Of a DNA stretch of 64,000 nucleotides, positions 9,006 through 19,846 are shown piece by piece; the first letter of the stretch is position 1; every line of letters starts with the position of its first letter. Position numbers and translations under genes: made by a program. The notes beneath the pieces are model-generated. The model made no database searches, was not told where the DNA came from, and worked only from the letters and a program-made list of their open reading frames with translations. This DNA is from Patescibacteria group bacterium (GTDB taxonomy: Bacteria > Patescibacteriota > Saccharimonadia > CAILAD01 > BJGX01), in NCBI GenBank assembly GCA_026397045.1, contig JAPLVO010000014.1, forward strand, positions 724 to 64,723, given 5' to 3'.

Positions 9006-10031
9006 TCATTGTATATTGGTATCCTTCGCAAATAGTATGTCTTGCTTCGGCTCAGCCTCCGAGCCAATCTGGCCAATATCTTTGCCAGCTACCTTGGAGT
9101 TGGTAACCACTACATTGGTACTTGCGGCGTTGCTTGTAGAGATGCGGACACTTTCCTTCGCCTGAAAAAGCTGCTTTGCGCCAGGCAACATCGTGCCCTT
9201 GAACGCATCTTTGCCATCGACCTTAACAGTGATAAAGCTGGCCTGGGTGGTGATATAAACTTGCAAGTCGACTCCATCAAAGCTGGCTGGCCTAACATCG
9301 GTGGGCAAGGCCAGCTTTGAGCCTTCTATTTTTGCGTCTACAATAATCGTTTTAGAAGATTCCTTACCAAACTTATTTCGGGCGCTGATTTTTATCTGAT
9401 TAGAGCCATCAACAAGCATCACTCGATCGCTGAAGGAGCCATCTGGGGAGCTGAGTATCGGCGAATCATTGATAAAAACATCTGATCCGCTATCGACTTC
9501 GCCGCTAACAATTATGACACTAGTGTTGGTGCTACTTTTGTCTTGATTGGCCAAATTTATAACTGGTGGCACCGATAGCTGTGAAAGCTGTAGCCCCACA
9601 TAGCCGACCATTATAAGAACAAACAGGCTTGTCAGCCCAGCTAGGATTGTCCTGGGGGTTATTACATAGGTTTGTGAATCAATCGGCTTGATCCCTCTCT
9701 TGACCTTAGACGCAGATGGCTTAGCGAGCGTCTGCGTGTCCTTTAGCCTTTCTGTAGAGTACACCTTGAGGATTTGATTGGTATCAAATCCAAGCTGATC
9801 GGCGTAATTTTTGACATAGCCTCGGCTATAGACATCGTCTGGGAGGGATTTGTAGTCACCTGCCTCTATGAGGCGAAGATATTTGACCCTAATATGAGTG
9901 TCTCTCTCGATATCCTCAAGGCTAAGATTTAACTCCTTTCGTCTTCCTGAGAGAATTTGCCCTAGGCTCGAATTGGACGATCTGGACTTCTGGAGTTTGG
10001 ATTTTGGCTTAGGTGATTCATTTGGGGTCAC
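9006..10031 (-). CDS. rodZ: RodZ-like HTH/TM/Ig-like/DUF4115 cell-shape protein
   Basis: LGQIL..RR....LSLEDI...THIR.KYL..IEAGDY..LP..VY.RGYVKNYA..LG, then a TM helix; downstream of ftsK. Confidence 0.85.
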   Translation of the reverse strand: MTPNESPKPKSKLQKSRSSNSSLGQILSGRRKELNLSLEDIERDTHIRVKYLRLIEAGDYKSLPDDVYSRGYVKNYADQLGFDTNQILKVYSTERLKDTQTLAKPSASKVKRGIKPIDSQTYVITPRTILAGLTSLFVLIMVGYVGLQLSQLSVPPVINLANQDKSSTNTSVIIVSGEVDSGSDVFINDSPILSSPDGSFSDRVMLVDGSNQIKISARNKFGKESSKTIIVDAKIEGSKLALPTDVRPASFDGVDLQVYITTQASFITVKVDGKDAFKGTMLPGAKQLFQAKESVRISTSNAASTNVVVTNSKVAGKDIGQIGSEAEPKQDILFAKDTNIQ

Positions 10032-12153
10032 TTTCGCCTCCGTTCACCTGCTCCATGCTATCTACCAGTACCGCGCGCGGCCTGGCGCCATCGGCCGGGC
10101 CAATAATGCTCTTTTCTTCTAGCTGAGAAATTAATCTAGCTGCTCTAGCAAAGCCGATCCTAAACCTCGTTTGAAGCATTGTCGATGAAGCCTTACCGCT
10201 CTCTATGACAAGCTCTGCGGCCTGGTCGAATAGTTCGTCATCATCCCCATCGCTTGGGCCGAATCCACCGGCGCTAGAAAGCCCTTTGATCCTTACCGAC
10301 TGAGCCAAGACCTCGTCGTTGTACTGTGGCTCGCGCTGGGCCTTAAGGAACTTCACTACTTTGGTAACTTCATCTTTTTCTATCAAGACACCCTGGGCTC
10401 GCTTAGGCTTTATAAATGACGACGGGCTCATAAATAACATATCACCGTTGCCCAGCAACTTTTCGGCGCCTGAAGTGTCAATTATGGTTTTGGAATCATT
10501 ATACTGGGGCACTGTAAAGGCAATACGGGTTGGTAGGTTATTTTTAATGGTGCCCGTTATGACCTCCACTCTTGGGGTCTGGGTAGCTAGAACCAAGTGT
10601 ATGCCGGCCTTACGAGCCATAGCTGCCAGGCTGGATATTAGCGACTCCATATCCTTCTTGGCTTTTAACATCAAGCCCGCCAGCTCATCTATTATAATCA
10701 CAATATAGGGCATTTTATCGGTGGTCTTGAGCTTATTGAACTCATCTATATTCAGCACCTGGTTCTCCTGTAGGAGCTTCAGGCGGCGCTCCATTTCGGC
10801 GACTGTCCACTTGAGCGCCGATATTGTTGGCTCTGGGTCATTGATGACTGGGCAGAGCAAATGGGGCAAATTATCATAAAGGGAGAAGTCGGCTCGTGTT
10901 GGATCGACCAGGATAAGCTTAAGCTCACTTGGGCTGTTGCGATAAAGCAGGCTGATAAGTAGACTGTGGATCATTACACTCTTACCGGTCTTGGTGGAAC
11001 CAGCAATAAGTAAATGAGGGGCTTTATCTAGATCACTTGTGATAATTTCACCAGATACATCGCGACCCAAAACAAAATTAAGCTTACCCTTGGTGGCGCT
11101 AAGCTGTGGTGAATCCAGGATATCTCTTAATCTAACCTTAGCGCGAGTTTTGTTGGGCACTTCGACACCGACCAAACTCTTGCCTGGTATCGGAGCTTCA
11201 ATTCGGACATGTTCAGCCTCAAGTGCCAGCGCTAGATTGCGATCTAGGGAGCTAAACTTAGATAGATTCACTCCTCCTGGTGGCTTTAGGGTATATTGGG
11301 AAACTGTTGGGCCAACATCAACCCCCTGCATATCGACTTTATAACCGAAGTCTAGGAAAGTCGATTTAATAATTGCGCCGTTCTTCTTGGCGTCTCCTGG
11401 ATCGGGCTGGGAGGTATTAGACTCTAGTAAATCTAGCGATGGGTATTTCCAATCGGCATCCGAGGCCATAACTATTGGTCCAGAAGGAGATTTTTCTGCT
11501 TCTCGGGCTTTAGCGTCGCCGATAGTACCTCTTACGGGAAGCGAGGTATTGATCTTAAAGCTCTTAGTGTCTAGATCGGCGGTGTCGTCTTTGGGCTTGC
11601 GTAGTGGGGAAACAATCTTAGCTGCTATCTGCTTTAATCGAGCATTAAGTGACACTATCACCGATATAATCATAAGCATTGAGAAAATAAATATAACAAC
11701 CCAGCGAGTTAGGATTGGAGACACTAATGAGTAAACGCCATACCCCACCAGTCCGCCATAGTTACCGATAGTGCTAAGATCCAGGCTAACTTCTGGCGCG
11801 ATAATGGCCTGGATTATTGTACTGGAACAAATGAACAAGCTGATGAGGCCCAGTATATTGTGGAGTCGAATCGGATACCTTTCTTGTGCGAAAAGCATGA
11901 ATGATACCCAAAATAACGCCAAGGGTAAAAGTATTATGCTCTGGCCTATCAATAATCTGAGAGACTCTAGGACCCAGCGACCTAGGCTCCCAGCTACACC
12001 AATAAGTGCCAATATAATAAATACACCTACAGTTATTAAAACTATAGCTAAGACTTCTTTTAAGACCGACCTCTTAAGGCCAGATTCCATCGAATTCGCA
12101 GCTTTAGAGTCTTGCTTCTTCTTTTTGCTTGGTTTGGTTTTGCGTTTTGGCAT
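10018..12153 (-). CDS. ftsK: DNA translocase FtsK/SpoIIIE
   Basis: N-terminal 4TM, RIEAPIPGK, PHLLIAGSTKTGKS, IIIDELA, GAEKLLGNGDMLF, gamma domain. Start set at MPKRK (12153). Confidence 0.96.
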   Translation of the reverse strand: MPKRKTKPSKKKKQDSKAANSMESGLKRSVLKEVLAIVLITVGVFIILALIGVAGSLGRWVLESLRLLIGQSIILLPLALFWVSFMLFAQERYPIRLHNILGLISLFICSSTIIQAIIAPEVSLDLSTIGNYGGLVGYGVYSLVSPILTRWVVIFIFSMLMIISVIVSLNARLKQIAAKIVSPLRKPKDDTADLDTKSFKINTSLPVRGTIGDAKAREAEKSPSGPIVMASDADWKYPSLDLLESNTSQPDPGDAKKNGAIIKSTFLDFGYKVDMQGVDVGPTVSQYTLKPPGGVNLSKFSSLDRNLALALEAEHVRIEAPIPGKSLVGVEVPNKTRAKVRLRDILDSPQLSATKGKLNFVLGRDVSGEIITSDLDKAPHLLIAGSTKTGKSVMIHSLLISLLYRNSPSELKLILVDPTRADFSLYDNLPHLLCPVINDPEPTISALKWTVAEMERRLKLLQENQVLNIDEFNKLKTTDKMPYIVIIIDELAGLMLKAKKDMESLISSLAAMARKAGIHLVLATQTPRVEVITGTIKNNLPTRIAFTVPQYNDSKTIIDTSGAEKLLGNGDMLFMSPSSFIKPKRAQGVLIEKDEVTKVVKFLKAQREPQYNDEVLAQSVRIKGLSSAGGFGPSDGDDDELFDQAAELVIESGKASSTMLQTRFRIGFARAARLISQLEEKSIIGPADGARPRAVLVDSMEQVNGGESDPK

Positions 12154-12295
12154 ATCTGTTATTATATCCTTAATAAGTAGACTGTTACTAGAGTATTCTT
12201 TACATAGCAATCTGCCTTTAACATAACCATTATAGCATATTTATGTAATAAAAACAACGCTTGTCAAACATAGGCTGTTACCAGATAATATAAAG

Positions 12296-14041
12296 ATGAA
12301 AAATATCCTAAAGCTAACAAAATACCTCGGCAAAGAAAAAAGACTCTATATTATTGTTTTTATTCTATCCGCGATTGCTGCCTTAGTTAGCGCCATCCTA
12401 CCCTTCCTATTTAGCAATATCATCAACGATTTGGCCAAATTAGGCTCAGGCGTGGAGCTGGGCTCAATTAGCGATAGCCTAATATTTTTTGTCTTACTGC
12501 TAGTTTTCAATAGAATAATCAGCTTCTTCAACGAGAAATATGGTGATACCTCTAGAATAAATATGGTTACGGGCTTTAGGCCTAAAATATTCAAACATAT
12601 CATAAGCCTTTCAGTGGACTACACCGAAAGGCATCGTGCTGGCAGTATCCTAAGTAAGGTTAATACTGGTATCAATGACTTTTTTAACTGGCTATTTCAG
12701 CTCACAGCCTGGTCGACTTCGCTTATATTTGAAACCCTATTTGTCTTAATCATCCTACTCATAAAGCTCCCCCAGGTTGGTTTGGTATTCGTGGTGATTC
12801 TACCGATAATGGGTCTTATATCTATAAAAAAGATTCAAGCCGCCAAGCAGTACCGTGAAAAAGCTAATAAAAACTGGGAGTACCAGGCTGGGTTTTTAGC
12901 TGAATCAGTCGGCAATCTATCCACCATTAAGGCGATGAGTACTGAAAAAAAGTCGATCAATAAATTTGAGTCCTACCAAAACAAAATCTTAGCCAACAGA
13001 CTAATTCAGTTCAAGTATGATAGATGGTTTAATTTGGGTAGAGACAGCCTCGGAGACATAGCATTACTTATCTCGGTTATTTATGTGTCCTACATGGCGT
13101 ACAACGGCAAGCTCAGTGCTGGTGATCTATTTTTAGTAGTGTTTTATGCTAGGAACTTAATATCTTCAGTGGCGCCACTTAGTAGGTTTATCAATGATAC
13201 AGCTGAGTCTGATATAACTACCGGTCGGTTGGTGGAGCTACTCGAAACCAAGCCATTGGTGACCGATAAGGAACATGCCAAAAATCTAGACAAGCTGGAG
13301 TCTGTAGAATTCAAAAATGTATATTTCGAATATCCTAATTCTAAAAAAGGTGCTATTTTTAACATCAGCTTCAAGATAGGCCCCGGCAAATCTCTGGCTC
13401 TAGTTGGCCCTTCCGGTACTGGCAAATCCACAATCACCAAGCTACTATTTAGATTCTATGAGCCTACATCCGGGCAGATTCTCATTAATGGTCAAGACAT
13501 AACGAATTACAGACAAGATTCGCTCAGGTCGAAGCTGGCTATCGTAATGCAAGATGTTGCACTTTTTAATACCACCGTCAAAGAAAACTTATCAATCGCA
13601 GCCGTCAAAACTTCAGATACAGACATACAAAAAGCAGCTCGCTTGGCTAATGCCGATGAGTTTATTTCTAATTTTGATAAAGGCTACAACACTCTCGTAG
13701 GTGAGCGTGGTATAAAGCTAAGTGGTGGGCAAAAACAGCGCATCGCAATCACCAGGGCAATACTCAAAAACCCAGATATGATTGTGCTTGATGAGGCCAC
13801 TAGTGCACTCGACAGCGAGACAGAACAGCAGGTACAGGAGGCTTTAGGCAAACTACTCTTCCACAAGATGTCGCTTATTATTGCCCACCGACTCAGCACT
13901 GTTAGGCATGTTGATGAAATAATTGTTATGAAAAATGGACGAGTCCATGAGTCTGGTAGCCACGCTAGCTTACTACGCAAAAAAGGACTGTATGCCAAGC
14001 TATTTAACATACAGTCCAAAACCGGAAAAGTTGATTTGTAA
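12296..14041 (+). CDS. ABC exporter, fused permease/ATPase (MsbA/Atm1-like)
   Basis: TM domain plus GPSGTGKST, LSGGQKQR, LDEATSALD, IAHRLST. Confidence 0.95.
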   Translation: MKNILKLTKYLGKEKRLYIIVFILSAIAALVSAILPFLFSNIINDLAKLGSGVELGSISDSLIFFVLLLVFNRIISFFNEKYGDTSRINMVTGFRPKIFKHIISLSVDYTERHRAGSILSKVNTGINDFFNWLFQLTAWSTSLIFETLFVLIILLIKLPQVGLVFVVILPIMGLISIKKIQAAKQYREKANKNWEYQAGFLAESVGNLSTIKAMSTEKKSINKFESYQNKILANRLIQFKYDRWFNLGRDSLGDIALLISVIYVSYMAYNGKLSAGDLFLVVFYARNLISSVAPLSRFINDTAESDITTGRLVELLETKPLVTDKEHAKNLDKLESVEFKNVYFEYPNSKKGAIFNISFKIGPGKSLALVGPSGTGKSTITKLLFRFYEPTSGQILINGQDITNYRQDSLRSKLAIVMQDVALFNTTVKENLSIAAVKTSDTDIQKAARLANADEFISNFDKGYNTLVGERGIKLSGGQKQRIAITRAILKNPDMIVLDEATSALDSETEQQVQEALGKLLFHKMSLIIAHRLSTVRHVDEIIVMKNGRVHESGSHASLLRKKGLYAKLFNIQSKTGKVDL

Positions 14042-14042
14042 A

Positions 14043-14729
14043 TTATTTTGTATCCGAGATGTATTTGTAAGCAAAGGCTCCAATAATACCACCGATAATC
14101 GGTGCTACAAAAAACAGCCAAAGCTGGCTTGTGGCCTGACCGCCAACAAAAATGGCGACACCCATACTACGGGCAGGATTTACCGAAGTATTATCGACAG
14201 GAATACTGATCATATGAACAAGCGCCAGCATAAAGCCAGCCGCTATTCCGCCAAAGCCTGGTGTGAATTTCTTATCGGTAGTCGATGCAACCGCAAAGAC
14301 CAAAAGTGCCGTCATGACGATCTCAGTAAAGAATACAGTTCGTATGCCCACTCCTGTTGGTGATAGCTCGCCCCAGCCATTAACAGCAAAAGTCTGCGCA
14401 GACAGCACGAACCCTGGTGTATGGGTGGCGATTACATATATAACCAGCCCTCCAAGTATCCCGCCAATAATTTGTGCGGTGATATAACCTGGAACTTTGT
14501 TCCAATCGAACTTCTTAATAGATGCCAGTCCGATTGTAACGGCTGGGTTAATATGCGCGCCAGAAATATGCCCAATCACATAGGCCATAATTAGTAACGA
14601 TAAGCCAAATGCTAGTGATACACCCAAAACTCCAACTTTGTTTGCAGCTAGTACAGCCGTACCGCAACCGCCCAGAACTAGAATAGCTGTGCCAAGCGCC
14701 TCTGCAATGTATGGCTTCAAGTCCTTCAT
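14043..14729 (-). CDS. aqpZ: Aquaporin (MIP family, AqpZ-like)
   Basis: SGAHINPAVT and NTSVNPARS NPA motifs; WLFFVAPIIG. Confidence 0.92.
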   Translation of the reverse strand: MKDLKPYIAEALGTAILVLGGCGTAVLAANKVGVLGVSLAFGLSLLIMAYVIGHISGAHINPAVTIGLASIKKFDWNKVPGYITAQIIGGILGGLVIYVIATHTPGFVLSAQTFAVNGWGELSPTGVGIRTVFFTEIVMTALLVFAVASTTDKKFTPGFGGIAAGFMLALVHMISIPVDNTSVNPARSMGVAIFVGGQATSQLWLFFVAPIIGGIIGAFAYKYISDTK

Positions 14730-14801
14730 AAAATCTCCTTAGTTATGAATTTAATATACTACCAAGCATAGTGCCATGCAAGAATAATATTCGGACTACT
14801 A

Positions 14802-16856
14802 CTAAACCTCGATAACAACCGGCAATACGATTGGATTACGCTTAGTTATTTTGTAGAGATAGTTACTAAGTTCATCGCGCATACGAGCCTTGAATATAGG
14901 AGAGCTAGCAGGAACCCCCGGGCTTTTATTGGCAAAAATGTTTTTAACAATCTTACGCGAATTATTTAGTATATCAGCGTTGTCTTTGACATAAATGAAG
15001 CCTCGGCTAATAATGTCTGGGCTAGTGACTAGCTTGCCGGTTTTTTTATCGACCGTGGCAACCACCATAAAGACACCATCGCTACTCATAGCCAATCGAT
15101 CCTTAAGAACGATTTCTTGGACATCGCCAATACCAGCTCCGTCGATCAACACTTCGCCCGTCTGGACTTTCTTGCCAAGCTTAATTACTTCTTTGTCCAT
15201 TTCTAAAGTTTGGCCATTTTCTACTACGAATACATTTTTAGGGTCATAGCCCATGTCGAGCGCAATTTTAGCATTGTGCTTCATATGATGAAGCTCGCCG
15301 TGGATTGGCAAATAATACTTCGGTCGAACTAGCTCGATCATCTCCTTAACCTCATCAACATTAGCGTGCCCTGAGATATGGAATATGCCCAAATCATCAA
15401 TCGCTTTGGTTCCATCCTGATAAACATAAGCACCCCAGCGGAATAGATTATCCACCATGCCAAAAATGGACTTTTCATTGCCTGGGATCATTGAGGCAGA
15501 AAGTACCACAATATCGCCTTCTTTCAATTTAACATCACGGTGTTCGCCTCTGCCCATGCGTTGCAGCGCCGAGAATTCTTCACCCTGTGAGCCTGTAGTA
15601 AGTACGGCTAATTGACTATCTTGGTAGCTCTTCATATCCTGAGCCTTAACGATAAGCCCTGGTGGGACTTTGACATAGCCAAGCTTTACGGAAAGCTCAA
15701 GGTTATTAACCATACTTCGACCAGCAACAACCAGCTTACGATGGGCTTTTTCGACAGCATTAATTATAATTTGCATTCGCGTAATCTGACTTCCGAATGA
15801 AGAAATTATTACACGCTTGTTATAATTACGCACCATAATCTCATCAAGCGTTTTGATTATTTCTGTTTCTGATGGAGTACGGCCAGGATTTTCACAGTTC
15901 GTGGAATCGCACATCAAAAGTGCAACGCCTTCATCGCCTATTTCCTTTAATCTACCCTTATCAGATAGCTTGCCGTCTAATGGCTGTTCTTCGAAGCGCC
16001 AATCGCCGGTGTTGATGATTGTACCAACAGGAGTGTGGATCGCCAACGCACAGGCGTCGGGGATAGAATGATTTATGCGTATAAACTCTACCGTGAATAC
16101 ACCGAGTTGGATTTTATCATGAGTGTCTTGATTTATAGTGTGTAGTTCGGGCTTAAAATCTAGATGGTACTCTTCAAGTTTGCGCTCTATAAACTTAATG
16201 GTAAATTTAGCGGCGTAAATAGGGGCCGGGATCTTAGGTAGTAAGAATGGAATACCACCGACATGGTCTTCGTGGGCATGTGTAATGACGATTCCACGGA
16301 TCTTGTGCTTGCGCTCCTCTAGATAGGTAATATCTGGGACTACTAAGTCAATTCCAGGCTGGTCTTCGTTCGGGAAAGTAAAGCCCATATCCATAATGAT
16401 AATGTCATTTTCGTACTCTAGGGCCATTAGATTTTTACCAATCTGGCCAAGGCCACCAAGCGGGACAATCTTGAGCTTTCCAGCGTCTATCTTGCTCATA
16501 CCTACTGGAGCGGCTATGACTGGCCTGGTGTCAGTTGGCTTACCGTTTTGATTGAAACTACCGACGGCATACTGAGTCGGGCGCTTATCGAAGCGTCTAT
16601 TGTTATTATTACGGGGCCGTTGGAACTTTTGGTTTTTGTTATGAGGATTACGCCCTGCATTACCTGCCGGTGTGGGCTTTGAGGCATCCCTCGACTGCTC
16701 TGTGGTTGCAGAACTAGGGGTGGCAGTTGGCGAACTTGAGGCTGAGCCAGCGGAGGCCGGAGTGGCTTGTTTGGCTTGGCCTGCTTGGTTGTTAGGTTTT
16801 GTAAAACCTAGGTCTTGAGCCGTTAGTGGACGGCTTTTTAAATCATCTTTTGACAT
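14802..16856 (-). CDS. rnj: Ribonuclease J with long low-complexity N-terminal extension
   Basis: PLGGLGQIGKN, THAHEDHVGG, HSIPD, HISGH, PIHGE. Confidence 0.97.
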   Translation of the reverse strand: MSKDDLKSRPLTAQDLGFTKPNNQAGQAKQATPASAGSASSSPTATPSSATTEQSRDASKPTPAGNAGRNPHNKNQKFQRPRNNNNRRFDKRPTQYAVGSFNQNGKPTDTRPVIAAPVGMSKIDAGKLKIVPLGGLGQIGKNLMALEYENDIIIMDMGFTFPNEDQPGIDLVVPDITYLEERKHKIRGIVITHAHEDHVGGIPFLLPKIPAPIYAAKFTIKFIERKLEEYHLDFKPELHTINQDTHDKIQLGVFTVEFIRINHSIPDACALAIHTPVGTIINTGDWRFEEQPLDGKLSDKGRLKEIGDEGVALLMCDSTNCENPGRTPSETEIIKTLDEIMVRNYNKRVIISSFGSQITRMQIIINAVEKAHRKLVVAGRSMVNNLELSVKLGYVKVPPGLIVKAQDMKSYQDSQLAVLTTGSQGEEFSALQRMGRGEHRDVKLKEGDIVVLSASMIPGNEKSIFGMVDNLFRWGAYVYQDGTKAIDDLGIFHISGHANVDEVKEMIELVRPKYYLPIHGELHHMKHNAKIALDMGYDPKNVFVVENGQTLEMDKEVIKLGKKVQTGEVLIDGAGIGDVQEIVLKDRLAMSSDGVFMVVATVDKKTGKLVTSPDIISRGFIYVKDNADILNNSRKIVKNIFANKSPGVPASSPIFKARMRDELSNYLYKITKRNPIVLPVVIEV

Positions 16857-16895
16857 ACTTTTATAATATATCCTTTCTTATTTTTTAATAGATTA

Positions 16896-17495
16896 TTAAC
16901 TGATTAGTTCTAATATTTTAGGTATTTTTGTAAAATCCTGTATCAATACCTGGCGCATGGAGCCATTATATAGGGCTGCGGCTGGGTGATATAGCGGCAA
17001 AAATGTGCCCTCGATTATAAGCTTACTACTAAATTTTACCCTGGCCTCAATATGCTCGCCATGGACTTGGCCTATCTTGAGATTTGGGAAAAATACATTC
17101 ATTGAATGTCGGCCTAAAAATACAATCAGCAAGGGGCTGATTACTTCTACTTGGGCGAGCAAGCTCGGGAGGCAGGCTTTGATTTCGGAGGGCTTGGGGT
17201 CGCGATTTTTAGGAGGTCGAAACTTCACGATATTAGTAATGAATACATCCTTTCGCTTCATACCAATTCCTTCGAGCATCTCATCTAAAAACCTACCGCT
17301 AGCACCGATAAAGGGCTTACCTAGCTTGTCTTCTTGAGCCCCTGGGGCTTCACCTATAAACATTAGTTTGGCGTTGGGATCTCCTTCGCCAGGTACGGGG
17401 TTTTGGCAGTTTTGGGCTATTTTGATATCTATATCACGATTCGTAATAGATTTGGCGATGATATCTAATTCGCGTCTCTTTTGCTTAAGATCCAT
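16896..17495 (-). CDS. Uracil-DNA glycosylase family 4 (UdgA)
   Basis: GEAPG..ED..G.PF.G.SG, TNIVKFRPP.NRDP, YHPAAAL. Start set at MDLKQ. Confidence 0.93.
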   Translation of the reverse strand: MDLKQKRRELDIIAKSITNRDIDIKIAQNCQNPVPGEGDPNAKLMFIGEAPGAQEDKLGKPFIGASGRFLDEMLEGIGMKRKDVFITNIVKFRPPKNRDPKPSEIKACLPSLLAQVEVISPLLIVFLGRHSMNVFFPNLKIGQVHGEHIEARVKFSSKLIIEGTFLPLYHPAAALYNGSMRQVLIQDFTKIPKILELIS

Positions 17496-17549
17496 ATATC
17501 CCCCCAGTCCTACCCGCATTAATGTGGGTAGACTCTGGACTGACAGTGT

Positions 17550-19691
17550 CTACTGCTTAGCGGCTTTAATGGAAAGGTTTAATCTTCCCCGATCGTCTAT
17601 CTCGGTAAGCTTGACCTTAACTTCATCACCTTCACTTAATTCCGAGTGTATATCCTCGACTCGTTCGTCGCGTATCTGGCTGACATGAACCATTCCTTCT
17701 TTGCCTGGTAGGATCTCTACGAATGCTCCAAATTCCATCACCTTAACTACTCTACCGTCATAGATCCTTCCAACCTCTGGATCGGCCACTATTGATTCGA
17801 TCATTTCTTTGGCTACCTTGGCTGCTCCCGCATCAGAGCCCGATATCATTACAAGGCCAGAATCTTCTATGTCGATATCGACACCTGTTTCTGAAGTAAT
17901 ACGCTGGATGGTCTCGCCACCCTTACCTATTACTTCTCTAATCTTACTCGGGTCAATCTGGAGTTTGGTTATTATAGGTGCAAAGGGGCTTAGTTCCTCG
18001 CGAGGCTTAGAAATGACCTTAAGCATGGCATCTAGTATTTCAGAGCGGCCTAATTTGCTCTGCATAAGTGCAGATGTGAGTATCTCATGACTAAGGCCCT
18101 TGAGCTTAATATCCATTTGCAAAGCAGTGATACCCTTAGCTGTTCCGGTTACCTTAAAGTCCATATCGCCAGCAAAGTCTTCGGCGTCTTGAATATCAGA
18201 CAATATCACATATTCGCTAGGCTTAGAGTGGTTGACCATAAGCCCCATCGCTATACCACTAACTGGGCTCTTGATAGGAACTCCTGCATCCATCAGGCTC
18301 AGTGTACTGGCGCAAGTTGCGGCCATAGAGGTAGACCCAGCACTGCTTAGTATCTCCGTAACCACCCTGACAGTGTAAGGGAAATCTTCCTTCTCGGGCA
18401 TGACTGGCAAAAGGGCTCGCTCGGCGAGATTACCATGGCCTATTTCTCGGCGGCTAGTTGACCGCATTGGCCTAGCTTCGCCTATTGAGAAAGATGGAAA
18501 ATTATAGTGGTGCATATAGAATTTTTCGGTATCCTCTTCCATCGACTCTATTTGCTGGGCTGCCCCAGCTGGAGCCAAGGTCGTGAGTGTTAAGCCTTGT
18601 GTTGCTCCCCTGGTAAACAAGCCGCTGCCGTGGGTGCGCGGGATTAAACCCACCTGCATGCTTAAGGGTCGTATTTCAGTACTCTTACGATTATCAGGCC
18701 TAGCAGAGTCCTCTAGGATAGATCGGCGAATCTCTTTATCTATGATTTTCTCAAATACGACCTCGATATCTGGATGTCCATAGCGCTTTTTGCCATCATC
18801 CTCGACATCATTAGGCAATATCCCAAACTCAGCCATGACTTCATCATGAAGCTCATCTATCGCTTCGTGGCGCTTGGTCTTATCGGCATGTCGGACTCGA
18901 TCCCCTAGGCGATCTGAAAGATACTCATAGACCTTTTCTTCGGCTTCTTTACTGGGTACAAATAGCTCATATTCCTTAGTCTTAATACCAAGTTCCTTGA
19001 TCATTTTATTTTGGATATCAATCACTGGCTGCCACTCTTTAATGGCCAGTTCGAAGCCTTCGAGGATTAAATCCTCGGATACTTCGTCGGCAATAGACTC
19101 CACCATTAGTATGGCTTCCTTCGTACCGGCAACAGTTAGATTCAAATTGCTACCTTCCTGCTCGCTAACTGTAGGGTTTACTACTAGTTTGCCATCAATC
19201 TGGCCTATTCTGGCAGCCGCCACTGGGCCTTCAAAAGGTGTACCAGCCAACATTAAGGCGGTTGATGCAGCGATAATTGCGATTACATCTGGCTCGTTTT
19301 GAAGATCGGTGCTCAGTACGGTAACCACTACCTGCACATCATTGCGGTAGCCTTTAGGAAATAGTGGCCTAATCGGCCGGTCTATCAGCCTAGAAGTAAG
19401 GATTGCTCGATCCGACGGTCGGCCTTCGCGCTTCACATAGCGAGATCCAGAAACCTTGCCCGAAGCATACCAGCGCTCCTCATAATCAATAAGCAGGGGG
19501 AAGAAATCGGTATCTGGCTTTGGCTTAGGTTCAACAACAGCTGTCGCCAGAACCATAGTGTCGCCACACCTTACAGTAACTGAGCCATCGGCTCTAAAGG
19601 CCATATTGCCTGTTTCAAATATTAATTTTTTACCTGCAAAATCTGTTTCAAACCTAGATGTTTTGCCTCCAAAGGGATGGATTATTTCCAT
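17550..19691 (-). CDS. pnp: Polyribonucleotide nucleotidyltransferase (PNPase)
   Basis: DFFPL, RLIDRPIRPLFP, RREIGHG, GDMDFKV, KH and S1 domains. Start set at MEIIHP. Confidence 0.98.
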   Translation of the reverse strand: MEIIHPFGGKTSRFETDFAGKKLIFETGNMAFRADGSVTVRCGDTMVLATAVVEPKPKPDTDFFPLLIDYEERWYASGKVSGSRYVKREGRPSDRAILTSRLIDRPIRPLFPKGYRNDVQVVVTVLSTDLQNEPDVIAIIAASTALMLAGTPFEGPVAAARIGQIDGKLVVNPTVSEQEGSNLNLTVAGTKEAILMVESIADEVSEDLILEGFELAIKEWQPVIDIQNKMIKELGIKTKEYELFVPSKEAEEKVYEYLSDRLGDRVRHADKTKRHEAIDELHDEVMAEFGILPNDVEDDGKKRYGHPDIEVVFEKIIDKEIRRSILEDSARPDNRKSTEIRPLSMQVGLIPRTHGSGLFTRGATQGLTLTTLAPAGAAQQIESMEEDTEKFYMHHYNFPSFSIGEARPMRSTSRREIGHGNLAERALLPVMPEKEDFPYTVRVVTEILSSAGSTSMAATCASTLSLMDAGVPIKSPVSGIAMGLMVNHSKPSEYVILSDIQDAEDFAGDMDFKVTGTAKGITALQMDIKLKGLSHEILTSALMQSKLGRSEILDAMLKVISKPREELSPFAPIITKLQIDPSKIREVIGKGGETIQRITSETGVDIDIEDSGLVMISGSDAGAAKVAKEMIESIVADPEVGRIYDGRVVKVMEFGAFVEILPGKEGMVHVSQIRDERVEDIHSELSEGDEVKVKLTEIDDRGRLNLSIKAAKQ

Positions 19692-19721
19692 ATTATTATG
19701 CCTTTCTATAGCCATGAGATA

Positions 19722-19800
19722 ATTACATTTTACTATTAGTTTCGGAATTAATTGATCAAGTTTTTTAGGATCAATCTGTTCCGCTACTAAAATGAATAAT
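19722..19800 (-). promoter_or_regulatory. Long imperfect hairpin in the pnp 5' UTR
   Basis: CAUUUUA..CGGAA..AUUGAUC / GAUCAAU..UUCCG..UAAAAUG, downstream of TTAACA-N17-CATAAT. Confidence 0.55.
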
Positions 19801-19846
19801 CAAATTATGCTAAATTTTTAAAATACTGTTAAACGAAATCAAATAG

